A DNA stretch of 64,000 nucleotides from Bacilli bacterium (GTDB lineage Bacteria > Bacillota_I > Bacilli_A > RFN20 > CAG-826): contig JAGBLE010000012.1 in NCBI GenBank assembly GCA_017635565.1, positions 17,234 through 81,233 on the forward strand, in the 5' to 3' direction. Both the position numbers and the translations under genes were made by a program. The notes under the pieces are model-generated. The model was not told the origin of the DNA. It saw only the letters and a program-made list of their open reading frames with translations, and made no database searches. How positions within the stretch are numbered: position 1 is the stretch's first letter; every line of letters begins with the position of its first letter. Below are positions 49,762 through 60,300 of the stretch, piece after piece.

Positions 49762-50913
49762 TGAAGCGACCTCTTCAATAGAAAAGTGAGAATCATAATA
49801 CATACGATTAAGGGCACCTAAATGCTCTTTTTCTTTTTTGGATAAATTATGAATAGCAAGTAAAGCGTTTTTAATTGAATCAGGATTTTCTTCAGCTAAA
49901 AACCCACCACCACTTTCAGAAATGATATTCCTTCCATCACCAGAAAGAACTCCAACAATTGGTCTAGCAAACGCCATAGCCATTAATAACTTGCTTGGAA
50001 TAGTTTTTCCTACTGTTCCTTCTCCTTTTAAAGAGACATAAATTGCATCAGCGTTTTTAAAATAACTTGCAGCATGTTTAGCGGAAATTGGTCCGTGATA
50101 AATAACTTTATTATCTAACCCTCTTTTGCGAATATCATTAATCAAATATTCAGTCATTGGTCCCATACCAATAACGTGGAAATAAATATCTTTATCTCTG
50201 AGCTTATCCATTGTTGATGTAATTAAAGGAATGAGCTGAATTAATCCGATATTTCCGCAATATAAAATGTGTGTTCCTTCCCCATATTCATAAGGAATAA
50301 TATCTTTATCTTCTATTAAAGATGATTGAGGAACATAAGAAATATTATCTATCGGAAGATGCAATATTTTCTCAAAATATTCGGCAAAACAAGGAGAACT
50401 AATTAATATTTTGTCTGCGTTTTTATATATTGCTCGTGACCACTTATATAGGATTTTATATAAAAGTGAATTCCTTTTTACTGCATTAGTAACTACAACA
50501 CTTTCAGGCCATAAATCGAGGCAATGAATAATGTGCTTTACCCCATTCTTTTTAGCGTATAAATTACCAGCCGAACATATTGTAACAGGAGATAAACTCA
50601 TCGAATAAACTGCATCGAATTTGATATTACATTTTCTAACCCACTTCTTTGAGTTTTTCCAAAACGATAAATAGTTCTTAACAACTGATAATCTATTTTT
50701 CTTTCTTGGCGAAATATTAACCCTATGAACGTTAACATCATTAATAATTTCTTCACTAATGTATTTATAGGCAGGCAATATTTGATCATAACCATAGTTT
50801 GGTTTACCAGTTAAAACATGAACTTCATATCCATCTTTTACAAATTGCTCAGCAAATTTATAGATTATAAAGTTCTCTGGATAATAATATTGACATACAA
50901 CTAGGATTTTCAT
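49735..50913 (-). CDS. Glycosyltransferase family 4 (WbuB-like)
   Basis: MKILVVCQYYYPENF N-terminus. The ORF-track start at 51087 adds 58 implausible residues. TATGAT lies 6 nt upstream of the ATG. Confidence 0.75.
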   Translation of the reverse strand: MKILVVCQYYYPENFIIYKFAEQFVKDGYEVHVLTGKPNYGYDQILPAYKYISEEIINDVNVHRVNISPRKKNRLSVVKNYLSFWKNSKKWVRKCNIKFDAVYSMSLSPVTICSAGNLYAKKNGVKHIIHCLDLWPESVVVTNAVKRNSLLYKILYKWSRAIYKNADKILISSPCFAEYFEKILHLPIDNISYVPQSSLIEDKDIIPYEYGEGTHILYCGNIGLIQLIPLITSTMDKLRDKDIYFHVIGMGPMTEYLINDIRKRGLDNKVIYHGPISAKHAASYFKNADAIYVSLKGEGTVGKTIPSKLLMAMAFARPIVGVLSGDGRNIISESGGGFLAEENPDSIKNALLAIHNLSKKEKEHLGALNRMYYDSHFSIEEVASLIEREFRK

Positions 50914-51010
50914 TCTTTTATCATAGCAAAAAGCGTTATTAATATGAATACAATTGGATTTGAAAAATTTAATTTTCAAAAAATAATGTATGAATATTAT
51001 AATAGTGTCT

Positions 51011-52516
51011 ATGGAAGACCGTACTCGCACTAATGTCATAATAAACATTGCTCGTACTCTTGTTTTAACGATTCTTTCTTTTATCACTTTCCCATGGGTA
51101 TGTAGATATTTAGGTTCATCATCTGTTGGAATTTACACGTGGTGCAATACTTTTGTTATGTATTTTCTTGTTTTAGCGAAAATTGGTATACCAAATCTCG
51201 CGATAAGAGAATGTGTCAAAGTTAAAGGCAATAAAGAGCTTCTATCAAATAAAGTTCAGACTTTTTTCTTAATTCAACTTATAACAACCTTATTATCTTT
51301 TGGATTGATGACCGCTTTATTATTTTCAGTTCCTGAATTAACCGATTCAAAAGAAATTATTTTCCTTTTATCAATTAATTTCCTATCTGGGGCGTTCTCT
51401 TTTGAGTGGCTATTTATTGCTTTAGAAAAACAGTTTTATATGTCTGTTAGAACAATTGTTGTTTTAGCGATATCCACTATTTTAATTATTACTTTCGTAA
51501 CTGCTCCTGGAGATATTTATATTTACGCTTTATTAACCACTTCCGTCACTTTATTTACATCAGTTGCTAACGTAACATACGTTAGGAAATTCATATCTTT
51601 AAAGAAGACAATGCCTTATTCAATTAAAGAATTGATTAAGCCTCTTGCGGTTTTATGTGCAATTTCTTTAGTAATATCCTTTTATAATCAGACCGATACA
51701 TTCATACTTGGTTTTATTGATAAAAGCAAAAACGAAGTTGCTTCTTATTCAGTAGGTATCAAAGGAATTGATGTTATCATTGGAGTGATTACCGCTCTTA
51801 GCACTGTCTTTATTCCACGTGCCGCAATTTGCTATGCCCAGGAAGATAAAAAATATTTCAATCGCATAAATGAATATTCGGTAAATATATGTTTATTTAT
51901 TGTTCTTCCAGCAATTGCGACAATGACAACATTGGCTAAGCCAATTACTGGATTAATATCAGGAAACACAGATTTTAATGACACTCTTGGATATGTAAAT
52001 GCACCAACTGTATTAATTATCATTTCTTCAATGATGTTAACTTATTCAATAAGCGATATTATTTATGGCCAGGTTCTATTGCCAATGAAAAAAGAGAAAT
52101 TTTATTTATTTGCCTTATTAGGTGGGACAATACTTAATATCGTATTCTCAATTGTTTTTGGTTTATATTTATTCCCAGATAAACCATCTATTGGCGTTGC
52201 TCTTGGAACAGCGCTAACAGATTTATTAATTCTGGTTTTCTTAATATGTGTGTCTTGGAAATGGATAAGAAAACCAATCTTTAATCTTAATAGTCTAAAA
52301 ATAGTTGCAGTAACTGCCTTAATTGCGTTAATAACATATTTCTTGAAAGATCCTATATATAACTTTGCCGTTTCTAAAGGACTAGGAAGCTCATTATCAA
52401 TGATTATTGAACTCGTCAGCGCGGTATTAATCGATGCGATTATTTACCTATTCCTTTTAGCAATTTTAAAAGAAGATTTAGTCCATTCATTTTTGAGGAA
52501 AAAAGAAAATGCTTAA
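51011..52516 (+). CDS. Oligosaccharide flippase (Wzx / MOP superfamily)
   Basis: About 500 aa and polytopic, with a typical polysaccharide-biosynthesis-protein profile. Start at MEDRTRT (TATAAT 7 nt upstream); the ORF-track alternative is 50990. Confidence 0.7.
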   Translation: MEDRTRTNVIINIARTLVLTILSFITFPWVCRYLGSSSVGIYTWCNTFVMYFLVLAKIGIPNLAIRECVKVKGNKELLSNKVQTFFLIQLITTLLSFGLMTALLFSVPELTDSKEIIFLLSINFLSGAFSFEWLFIALEKQFYMSVRTIVVLAISTILIITFVTAPGDIYIYALLTTSVTLFTSVANVTYVRKFISLKKTMPYSIKELIKPLAVLCAISLVISFYNQTDTFILGFIDKSKNEVASYSVGIKGIDVIIGVITALSTVFIPRAAICYAQEDKKYFNRINEYSVNICLFIVLPAIATMTTLAKPITGLISGNTDFNDTLGYVNAPTVLIIISSMMLTYSISDIIYGQVLLPMKKEKFYLFALLGGTILNIVFSIVFGLYLFPDKPSIGVALGTALTDLLILVFLICVSWKWIRKPIFNLNSLKIVAVTALIALITYFLKDPIYNFAVSKGLGSSLSMIIELVSAVLIDAIIYLFLLAILKEDLVHSFLRKKENA

Positions 52517-53405
52517 CGAGAGATTACACGAAAATAAATTCAAAAGAGCGATGGTCGTTCCTTTTCGTGGTTTTGTTAAATTAATAAGTAAGAAAGCCTA
52601 TATTTCTCTTCAATATCGATATATTACTCACCATAAATTAGACTGGAAAAAATTACTTCGATATACTGAGAAGCTTCAGTATTTAAGATTATATGTTTAT
52701 CCAAAAAACCAATTAGTAAGTAAATGCGCTGGAAGAGTAGGCGCTAGAGAATATGTCAAAGAAAAAGGATTAGGTAACATCCTTATTAAGTCATATGGAA
52801 TTTATGATTCATTTGATGAAATTAATTTTGACTCTCTTCCAAATTCTTTTGCGGTAAAATGCACTCATGGAAGTGGGATGAATTATATTTGTTTTGATAA
52901 ATCAAAAATCAATATCAATGAATTAAAAAAGACATTTAACAAGTGGCTTAAAACAAATTACGGAAAGAAAACTGTCGAACTCCACTATTCTAAAATAAAA
53001 CCACAAATTATAATCGAAGAATTAATGCTTGAAAACGGCAAACTGCCAACCGAATATAAGATTCATGTTTTTAATGGTAAAGCTAGAAGTTTATATGTTG
53101 TTTCTTCTCGTGGAGAAGATATTAGATATAACAATTATTATATTGATTGGACTCCTTTTGATGGATCTCAATTCAATGGTTGGAATAAAACAGATTATCC
53201 TCTTACTAAACCTGATAATTTTGATGAAATGATAAAAATAAGCGAGACATTAGCCTCGCCTTTCCCATTTGTCCGTGTTGATTTATATAACATTAATGGA
53301 CAAATCTATTTTTCTGAATTAACTTTTACTCCCGCAAAAGGAACACTTATCTTAGATGATGATAATTGTGATTTTGAAATGGGTAAATGGTTAAATATCA
53401 ATTAA
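52509..53405 (+). CDS. ATP-grasp fold amidoligase (TupA-like)
   Basis: Pattern LPNSFAVKCTHGSGMNYI, EYKIHVFNGKA, RVDLYNINGQIYFSELTFTPAKG. Confidence 0.7.
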   Translation: MLNERLHENKFKRAMVVPFRGFVKLISKKAYISLQYRYITHHKLDWKKLLRYTEKLQYLRLYVYPKNQLVSKCAGRVGAREYVKEKGLGNILIKSYGIYDSFDEINFDSLPNSFAVKCTHGSGMNYICFDKSKININELKKTFNKWLKTNYGKKTVELHYSKIKPQIIIEELMLENGKLPTEYKIHVFNGKARSLYVVSSRGEDIRYNNYYIDWTPFDGSQFNGWNKTDYPLTKPDNFDEMIKISETLASPFPFVRVDLYNINGQIYFSELTFTPAKGTLILDDDNCDFEMGKWLNIN

Positions 53406-54235
53406 TGCCAATAAGTATAAGGCAAGAATATTTCATAAACAAAGAGGGCGTAATCAATATCAACGCCTTTTGTTTTGTTATAATCCACTAATTCATCACT
53501 AATAATATCAAAAGTCACTGAAACTCCGACTAATCTTGATAATTCATATTCTTTTAAATCAAAGGCGTAGAAAACATAATAACTGCCATCGTTGGTGTGA
53601 TTATTATCAAAAGTAATTTCACTTTTAAATGAATGATTTTCAATTTCTGATTCATTTTTTGTATATAACCCGATTGTTAATTCAATTACTGAATTATGGA
53701 ATAAAGCGTGATCATTTCTAACGTCATATTCATCATCGCTTGGCAAATAATATTTGAGTTGATTATTTGTGGTGGCTTTAAATTGCATTGCAAAATAAGT
53801 CAATTCATCACTTTCTTTTGAAAAGCGAACACTGAAACCATTTTGATTAGTTTGAACACGATGTTTCTGATAATATCCATCACAATAAGCTTCACCATCA
53901 AATAATTTAGATTGAACTCCATAATAGAATGATTGATCGCTTCTCATAAGGTTATATTCTGAAGAATAATCTCTTAATGTGTAATCAGTCTTAAGTAAGA
54001 TATTCTGATCTATTATTCCCACATCTGCAAAAGAAGTAATTTTTTTATCTGTTACGTCAATTGAAGCGACTTCTTGCGCATTTTTGAGTTCGTTATCCCA
54101 ATGTTCATAATAATTTTCAGTAAAAACTGGAGAATTATATTTATTTCCCTCAACGATATAATCTAAGGAAAAACCACCACAGCTTGCTAAAGAAGGAAGA
54201 GCTAATAAAATCAATAATTTAAATTTATTTTTCAT
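53402..54235 (-). CDS. Lipoprotein, unknown function
   Basis: Lipobox LPSLASC when started at MKNKFKLL (GGAGG 8 nt upstream). The stop shares a TTAA with the convergent gene. Confidence 0.65.
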   Translation of the reverse strand: MKNKFKLLILLALPSLASCGGFSLDYIVEGNKYNSPVFTENYYEHWDNELKNAQEVASIDVTDKKITSFADVGIIDQNILLKTDYTLRDYSSEYNLMRSDQSFYYGVQSKLFDGEAYCDGYYQKHRVQTNQNGFSVRFSKESDELTYFAMQFKATTNNQLKYYLPSDDEYDVRNDHALFHNSVIELTIGLYTKNESEIENHSFKSEITFDNNHTNDGSYYVFYAFDLKEYELSRLVGVSVTFDIISDELVDYNKTKGVDIDYALFVYEIFLPYTYWH

Positions 54236-55598
54236 CTTCTTTTCCTCCTTCTGATTTTGCGACATTTCCTTTAGCTAATATATAAGAGAAGATAAAAATC
54301 ATGATTAAGAATGGAGCGGACATATAAACTGGTTGATAAAGCTTATAATAAATCGCATATTCTGTATCATTAAATGTTCCGATGTATGCTAAATAGAAAA
54401 TAACAAAAGTAAGCAAAGTTACTTTGATATATAAATTATCATTTTCTTTTGAAAAATAATTCTTAAAGCCTTTAAATCCAACCACCAATGCGAAGATAAA
54501 AGCAATAACTCCGATGACTCCACTAGTCATAAAGAAATCAAACAAAAAGCTTCCTGACATATGAACTTCATTTTGGTTAATCATATTATCGACAATATAT
54601 CCAAGGAATTTTTCTTTGGAGAAAATGTTTTCTACAAGTGGATTATATTTATTAATAATCCCATTAGTGTTAAATAATCGATTCAAAAACGAATTACCAG
54701 AAGTAAGATTATGGACAAATGGAATTGCACTTTGATTATTTAAAATAATAAATAAGAATAATAATCCCGCTAAAATTAAGCCAGTTAAAATGACAATCCT
54801 AATCGCTTTTCTTATCTTCTCAAATCTTTGATATATGAATATAATCGCATCAATCAATAAAATTAAAACAACAGAAAATAACCCTAATAAAGAAGGAACA
54901 AAGATAAGCGATAATAATGAAACAAGAACAAATATCGAATAAATGATAAATGTTCTCTTATTTTCTTTTGGAGAAACAAATAATAAAGCAATTGATGAAG
55001 TAAATAATAAAGCAGGGAAAAGAACATATCGAGGCATTCTGACTTCAATAAATTTAAGTCCTTCAAGGACATACGCCATCTTATCGACAGTGGTTTCACT
55101 CATCACCCCACCATAATACATATGGTATCCTTTATAAAGTACTGTATAAAAAGCACCAAAATTAACAAAATTAACAATTAAATTAATCAAACATAAAACA
55201 CCTAAAGCAGAATAAATAACAATTAGTAAAGTTGACATCTTAAAAGATTTATCAACGCTTAATAAATAACCAGTAAAAGACATTGCAATAAACGCAATAG
55301 GGATAAAGACTAATTCAACAGTGGAAAAATCCCCAACATAAGCGTGACTTCTTGAATAAACACTTAAGGCTGTTATTGTTGAAAACAAAAATAAAGGTAA
55401 AAAGAAAAATGCAATTGATGAAATTCCATCAATTTTCATCTCAGCAATATTAAAAAGAATAAGAAGTATTGCTAACGCTAAAGAGATTGCGCCATAAACA
55501 ATAAAATTTCCACTAAAAGAAAATGCTAAAACTGCAAATATTTCCATCGCTAAAAATGTTATTGCAGCACTATATTTGTGTAATTTGTTTAATCGCAT
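54225..55598 (-). CDS. Polytopic membrane protein, possible O-antigen polymerase/ligase-like (Wzy)
   Basis: About 457 aa with more than 10 TM. Sits in the polysaccharide locus. ATG at 55598 has TATAAT 6 nt upstream; the ORF-track start at 55616 is a GTG. Confidence 0.5.
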   Translation of the reverse strand: MRLNKLHKYSAAITFLAMEIFAVLAFSFSGNFIVYGAISLALAILLILFNIAEMKIDGISSIAFFFLPLFLFSTITALSVYSRSHAYVGDFSTVELVFIPIAFIAMSFTGYLLSVDKSFKMSTLLIVIYSALGVLCLINLIVNFVNFGAFYTVLYKGYHMYYGGVMSETTVDKMAYVLEGLKFIEVRMPRYVLFPALLFTSSIALLFVSPKENKRTFIIYSIFVLVSLLSLIFVPSLLGLFSVVLILLIDAIIFIYQRFEKIRKAIRIVILTGLILAGLLFLFIILNNQSAIPFVHNLTSGNSFLNRLFNTNGIINKYNPLVENIFSKEKFLGYIVDNMINQNEVHMSGSFLFDFFMTSGVIGVIAFIFALVVGFKGFKNYFSKENDNLYIKVTLLTFVIFYLAYIGTFNDTEYAIYYKLYQPVYMSAPFLIMIFIFSYILAKGNVAKSEGGKEDEK

Positions 55599-55615
55599 AG
55601 CAATATTATAAAACA

Positions 55616-55650
55616 CAAAAAGAAAAACGAGTAGTACTCGTTCACTTTTT
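55616..55650. terminator. Hairpin terminator after the small acidic ORF
   Basis: AACGAGT-AGT-ACTCGTT with an A-run upstream and T-run downstream. On the minus strand it is followed by TTTTTCTTTTTG. Confidence 0.5.
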
Positions 55651-55666
55651 CAATTTGCACAAGTGA

Positions 55667-55819
55667 TTAGAATTCTTCGGTGTAGTCAAAGAGGAATTCT
55701 TCAACATCATCGCTTGTTAAGTCGCAGTAGTCATAACAATCTTCAACTACTTCGAGAACTTCAACTGTTTCCTCGTCACTAGAAAGCATTTTGGATCTTG
55801 GATCAACATTATCAATCAT
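55667..55819 (-). CDS. Small hyper-acidic protein, 50 aa (MIDNVDPRSKMLSSDEETVEVLEVVEDCYDYCDLTSDDVEEFLFDYTEEF)
   Basis: Below the ORF-track cutoff. GGGGGGA lies 7 nt upstream of the ATG. Flanked by terminators on both sides. Confidence 0.45.
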   Translation of the reverse strand: MIDNVDPRSKMLSSDEETVEVLEVVEDCYDYCDLTSDDVEEFLFDYTEEF

Positions 55820-55961
55820 TCTTATTCCCCCCGTTGCGCTTTACATAGTAACGCGTAAATCATCGTAGTTAATTTAGCATTATAAAAGTCTAATGACAAA
55901 CTTTATTTAATCAAGTTTTTAGACACTGTCCATATTGGATTTTTTCTATTAAACTACAACA

Positions 55962-55987
55962 AGAAAAAAGGTGGTTTATTTACCACC
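55962..55987 (-). terminator. Intrinsic terminator of degV
   Basis: Minus strand reads GGTGGT-AAATAA-ACCACC followed by TTTTTTCTT. The stop codon lies in the loop. Confidence 0.7.
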
Positions 55988-56821
55988 ATCATTGATATAA
56001 AGAATACCGAGACATTTAGGTCCACAGTGAGATGAAATCGTTGCTCCTGCAGTTGTGACAATAACTCTTTTAAATCCTTTTTTCTTCATCGCATTAACAG
56101 CGACTTCTACCATATCAGGAGTCGCACCACTGTGAGTCACAAATCCAATTTCTAAATCTGGATTATTGAACTGTTCAAGCGTGTCTCTACAGTAATTTTC
56201 AACACATTGTACTTGTTTACCTGTATATTTCTTGCCAGGTCCCATCTTGCCGTTAATAACTAAAATTTGAGGTCTAATTCTAAATAACATCGCACCTAAT
56301 TTTGCTAGAGCAGAACATCTTCCACCTTTATATAAATAATCAACTGTGGCAAGAACGAAACTCGCTTGATCATGTGGGATTCTTTCACTAACCTTCTTTA
56401 TAATTTCACTAACTTCAAGGCCTTGCTTTGCTAATTTTGATGCATAGATTGCAAGTAAAGCAATTCCGGTTGATAAACTCATTGAATCAATAACATGAAC
56501 ATGGCCAAGTTCAGAAGCAACCATGCAAGCGTTTTGGTAAGCACTAGACATATCAGCGCTTAAAGAGAAATGGATAACTTCATCATATTCTTTTAGCAAA
56601 GAAGAGAAATATTCTTGGTATTGGCCCGCGTTAACCGCGCTTGTTTTTGGAAGAACTCCAGTCTTATCGACGTAATCAAATATTTCTTCTGGAGTGGTTA
56701 CTCCATCAAGCCCATTTTTATCACCTAAGGTAATAGTAAAAGGAACAGTTTTGATTTCAAATTCATCAAGAATTTCTCTTGGTAAATCAATCGTGCTTTC
56801 CGCTGAAATACAAATTTTCAT
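55976..56821 (-). CDS. DegV family fatty-acid-binding protein
   Basis: 281 aa. MKICISAESTIDLP N-terminus and overall DegV pattern. AGGAG RBS. Confidence 0.9.
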   Translation of the reverse strand: MKICISAESTIDLPREILDEFEIKTVPFTITLGDKNGLDGVTTPEEIFDYVDKTGVLPKTSAVNAGQYQEYFSSLLKEYDEVIHFSLSADMSSAYQNACMVASELGHVHVIDSMSLSTGIALLAIYASKLAKQGLEVSEIIKKVSERIPHDQASFVLATVDYLYKGGRCSALAKLGAMLFRIRPQILVINGKMGPGKKYTGKQVQCVENYCRDTLEQFNNPDLEIGFVTHSGATPDMVEVAVNAMKKKGFKRVIVTTAGATISSHCGPKCLGILYINDGGK

Positions 56822-56860
56822 AATTTATCTCCTGTATCATCGATACATTATTGATTTTTT

Positions 56861-57248
56861 TGGTGGAGCCGGTGGTATCGAAACCACGTCCGAAGATGGC
56901 CAAACAATATCGCCTACAGCTTAGACAATATTTATGTTTAACGTGATTTCGTATATTGACTCACTACATCACGCGAGACTAACAATATTTCATGACTCAG
57001 TAACTAATCAACTCCAAGCCACAATCCTTTTGTTATGACACCTACTTTAAGCGTGAAAGGCTAAAACCTTAAAGGGCGCTCTGCCCCAGCGATTGCCGGG
57101 ACCCTATGTCGGGTTAATTAAGCTAAGCAGAGTGATTGAGCTCTAGGAGCTCTCATATAACTGTTGTCAGTTATTCTTTTTTTGGTTTATGGTTACCAAC
57201 CGCTGCAGATAAAGCCCTGCACATCTCCGTCGAATCCTATACGACCCC
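56861..57248 (-). ncRNA. ssrA: tmRNA (SsrA)
   Basis: 5' end GGGGTCGTATAGGATTCGACGG and 3' end GGACGTGGTTTCGATACCACCGGCTCCACCA. Putative tag ORF follows AAUAACU. Confidence 0.9.
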
Positions 57249-57276
57249 AGAGTGTCTGTTAACACAGACTTTCAAA

Positions 57277-57305
57277 ATTGTATAGTAAGAACATTATCTT
57301 GTCAA
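57277..57305 (-). promoter_or_regulatory. Promoter of ssrA
   Basis: Minus strand reads TTGACA, a 17-nt spacer, then TACAAT. The -35 starts 1 nt after the nuclease stop codon. A GTCTGT/ACAGAC hairpin lies between the -10 and the mature 5' end. Confidence 0.75.
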
Positions 57306-57306
57306 A

Positions 57307-60300
57307 TTAGTCTTGTTTATGTTTACGATAAACAAATGTTATAGCGGTTCCAACTGTTACTAAACCTAAAATAATTAATATCACTAAAATATTATTTTGA
57401 TTGTCATTAGAAATAGTAAGAATAAGGCTATTTTTTGAAGAAACATTTCTTCCGATAAAATTCTCATAGCCATATTTTTCTACGAGATAATCATATCTCT
57501 TCATTGCTTGTTCAATAATTGTGCCATTTTCATTAGAAGAAGCATTAACTAAGATATTTGATTCAACACTAACTAGAGCATTGAATTTAGTTTTTAAATT
57601 AGACCACGAATATCCGTCTTCAAATATTGGAGAATTTTCTCCAGCGCTGTCACATGTCATATTGTTTAAGAAATGATAGGAATATGTTTCAGCAGTTTCC
57701 ATGAATTGAACTTTAAATAGACCTGAATTATTAGTACGATATCCACCAAAAGTATTATATGAGCCAGTGGATCCAATTGTGTAATCTGTACCATCAATTG
57801 TTTGATAAATAAATCCGTAATTACTACTATACTTCCACTCAGCGTTTTCTTTAGTGGTGCTATAAGTAAAGTTAATGTGTGTATCCTTCAGTTTAATTGA
57901 AATATATTGTTTACCTTCGCCATTTACGAAATAAAGATATTGACCACTTGTTCCTTTTTCGAAATAAACATAATAAGACGTGCTATATTCGGAAACTGTC
58001 GCTCCATAATAACCACTCATGGAGTGACTGAAATAATGATTACCACTGCTATTAGTGAAATACATTTCATAAGCATATCCATTGATATATGGAGATTCAT
58101 TAGTATCAACAGGGGCTTCTCCACTAACCTTATATAAAGTTAACGCTCCACCTGTTGAAGTAGAATAACAAGCAAAACCATATGTTCCGTTTTTTCTTAA
58201 GTTAGAATTAACGCCACTTGCACTATTGTTCTTATTAACAAATTCATAGGTAGAAGAACCGGTAATTGCCCATTTAGCTTTGTCATCTATATCAGCAGAA
58301 AGAGCAGCTTGGTTTTTGGCTCCAGTACTACTCGCATATTTGCTTTCGAATTCATTATAAATGGTCCAGTAGTCTTCACTAGGAGAAATATGCCAAACAA
58401 GAGAACTATCAACTGAAGAAGCATCAATAACTCCATCAGTAATTGTTAGTTCACTAAAAGATAATCGATTTGATGTAACCGATGCTTTCATAGCGCAGTT
58501 ATTGTAAGTAATTAAATAATCTCCCTCTTCAATATTACCAGTGAAGAGACTATATGAACTCTCACTGCTAGATGAAGAATCAGTAACTGTAACCTCACAA
58601 TTAGCGGTCATTGAATTATCATAAGTAGAAGTTGCGGTAATAACTGTATGACCAATTGATAACGCCGTAACAAGTCCATTATTTGATACACTAGCGACAC
58701 TTTGATTAGAACTTGACCAAGTTACTGTTTTACTTGCCTGAGAACCGGTTGTTTCAACAGTGGCAACCAATTGAGAAGTTAAAGAATCGCTTGATAAATC
58801 AAAACTCAAATTTGAAGATGATAAAGAAACAGAATTAACAGTATTAACTTCATTAATTGTGATTTGGTAATTAGCGGTTTTTGTAACTCCATTATGAGTA
58901 TATGAAGCAGTGACGGTTTGAACACCAACAGAGGACATATCATAGCCACTAAATGATGTTTTAGAAGTGACATCAAGGTCATCTCCTCCATCGAATTTCG
59001 CCGTAACAAGTCCATCGAATTCAAATTCAGAATCTAAATCAAAAGATGTTGTTTGGTTGCTTAATTGAATTGAAGATAAGCATGGGTGATATGTGATTTC
59101 AATATTTGTAATCTGACAATTTTTATTACTAGTTGATATTTGGAAAAAGCCATTGCCTTCAGTTGTGTTTGTCCAAGTATCAGATTGAGATTGTCCTGCA
59201 ATCGTTTTATTACTTGCTGATGTATATGTACTTTGTTCAGTCGAACCAAAATAAACACCAACCATAGCTGACACCGATACTCCTGATGAATAAGTAACTT
59301 TAACCGAATCGATTGTTCCCAAATTTTCAGTGTTATATAAATAAGCATTGCCTGAATCCTTATGGAACATCAAATAAGATGATGAATTTCCTTTATAAAT
59401 ATATTGCTCTTTAAAAGAAATCGAAGCGGTTGTATCTGCGTGCAGAGTTGGGGTCGTATTAACTGATCCGCTTGCAGTAGGTAAAGCAGGATCAAAAGTA
59501 TCACCATAATTGATAGTGACTGTTTTTTGATCGTCAGAAACACTGCTTTCTTTAACTGTTACTGTGCAGGTTGCAGTTTTGTTTCCATCCACTGTTGTGG
59601 CGGTAATTACGGCACTTCCTACTGATATTCCAGTAATAACACCATTAGAAACAGTGGCGACACCGCTATTGCTTGTCGACCAATTGACTGCTTTATTTGT
59701 TGCATTACTTGGGACAAAAGAAGGAATTAAAGTAGTTGTTTTATTAACTGAAACGCTTGTGGTTTCCTGAAGAGAAATGCTTTCAACACTGATGGTTTCA
59801 GATGTACCAAAAGAATTTATATTATCGCTTACAGGAGTTGCGTATTTTCCACTTGAATTAGTTCCCCAAATATATTCAGCCCATTCAAGGAAATCGATAA
59901 ATGGATTTCTATTATTTGTAAAATTGGTATACAAAATGTTATTTCTATGAATTTCGTATTCATCAGGTGGATCAAGTCTATTCCACTCAAGCAAATCAGA
60001 AACAATTCCCATTGTTCCAGTTTCTGTAGAGGTTGAAGAATATCCACTTGTTGACTTCGGAGTAGGAGAATCAACTAAGGCAAGATTAGGGTTGTTTGAA
60101 TCGAATGTCTCTGAAGTTGAACCGGCGTAGTTATTATATCTAGCGACCATATAAAATATGGCTCTTGCGATATCACCTTTATCACAATCTTGTGGTTCAA
60201 AAACTTTTGAACTGCCTCCGTAAGTTTTTGAAATACCGGTGAGATTGCCTTTTAAATTTGAATGCGTTGATCCAGAATCAACATATGATTTGGTGGTATC

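Noticed and set aside
47472-56860. A genomic island integrated at the tmRNA 3' end, covering degV through the polysaccharide locus.
   Set aside because: There is no integrase and no duplicated copy of the tmRNA 3' terminus (att-like repeat) between ung and ssrA.
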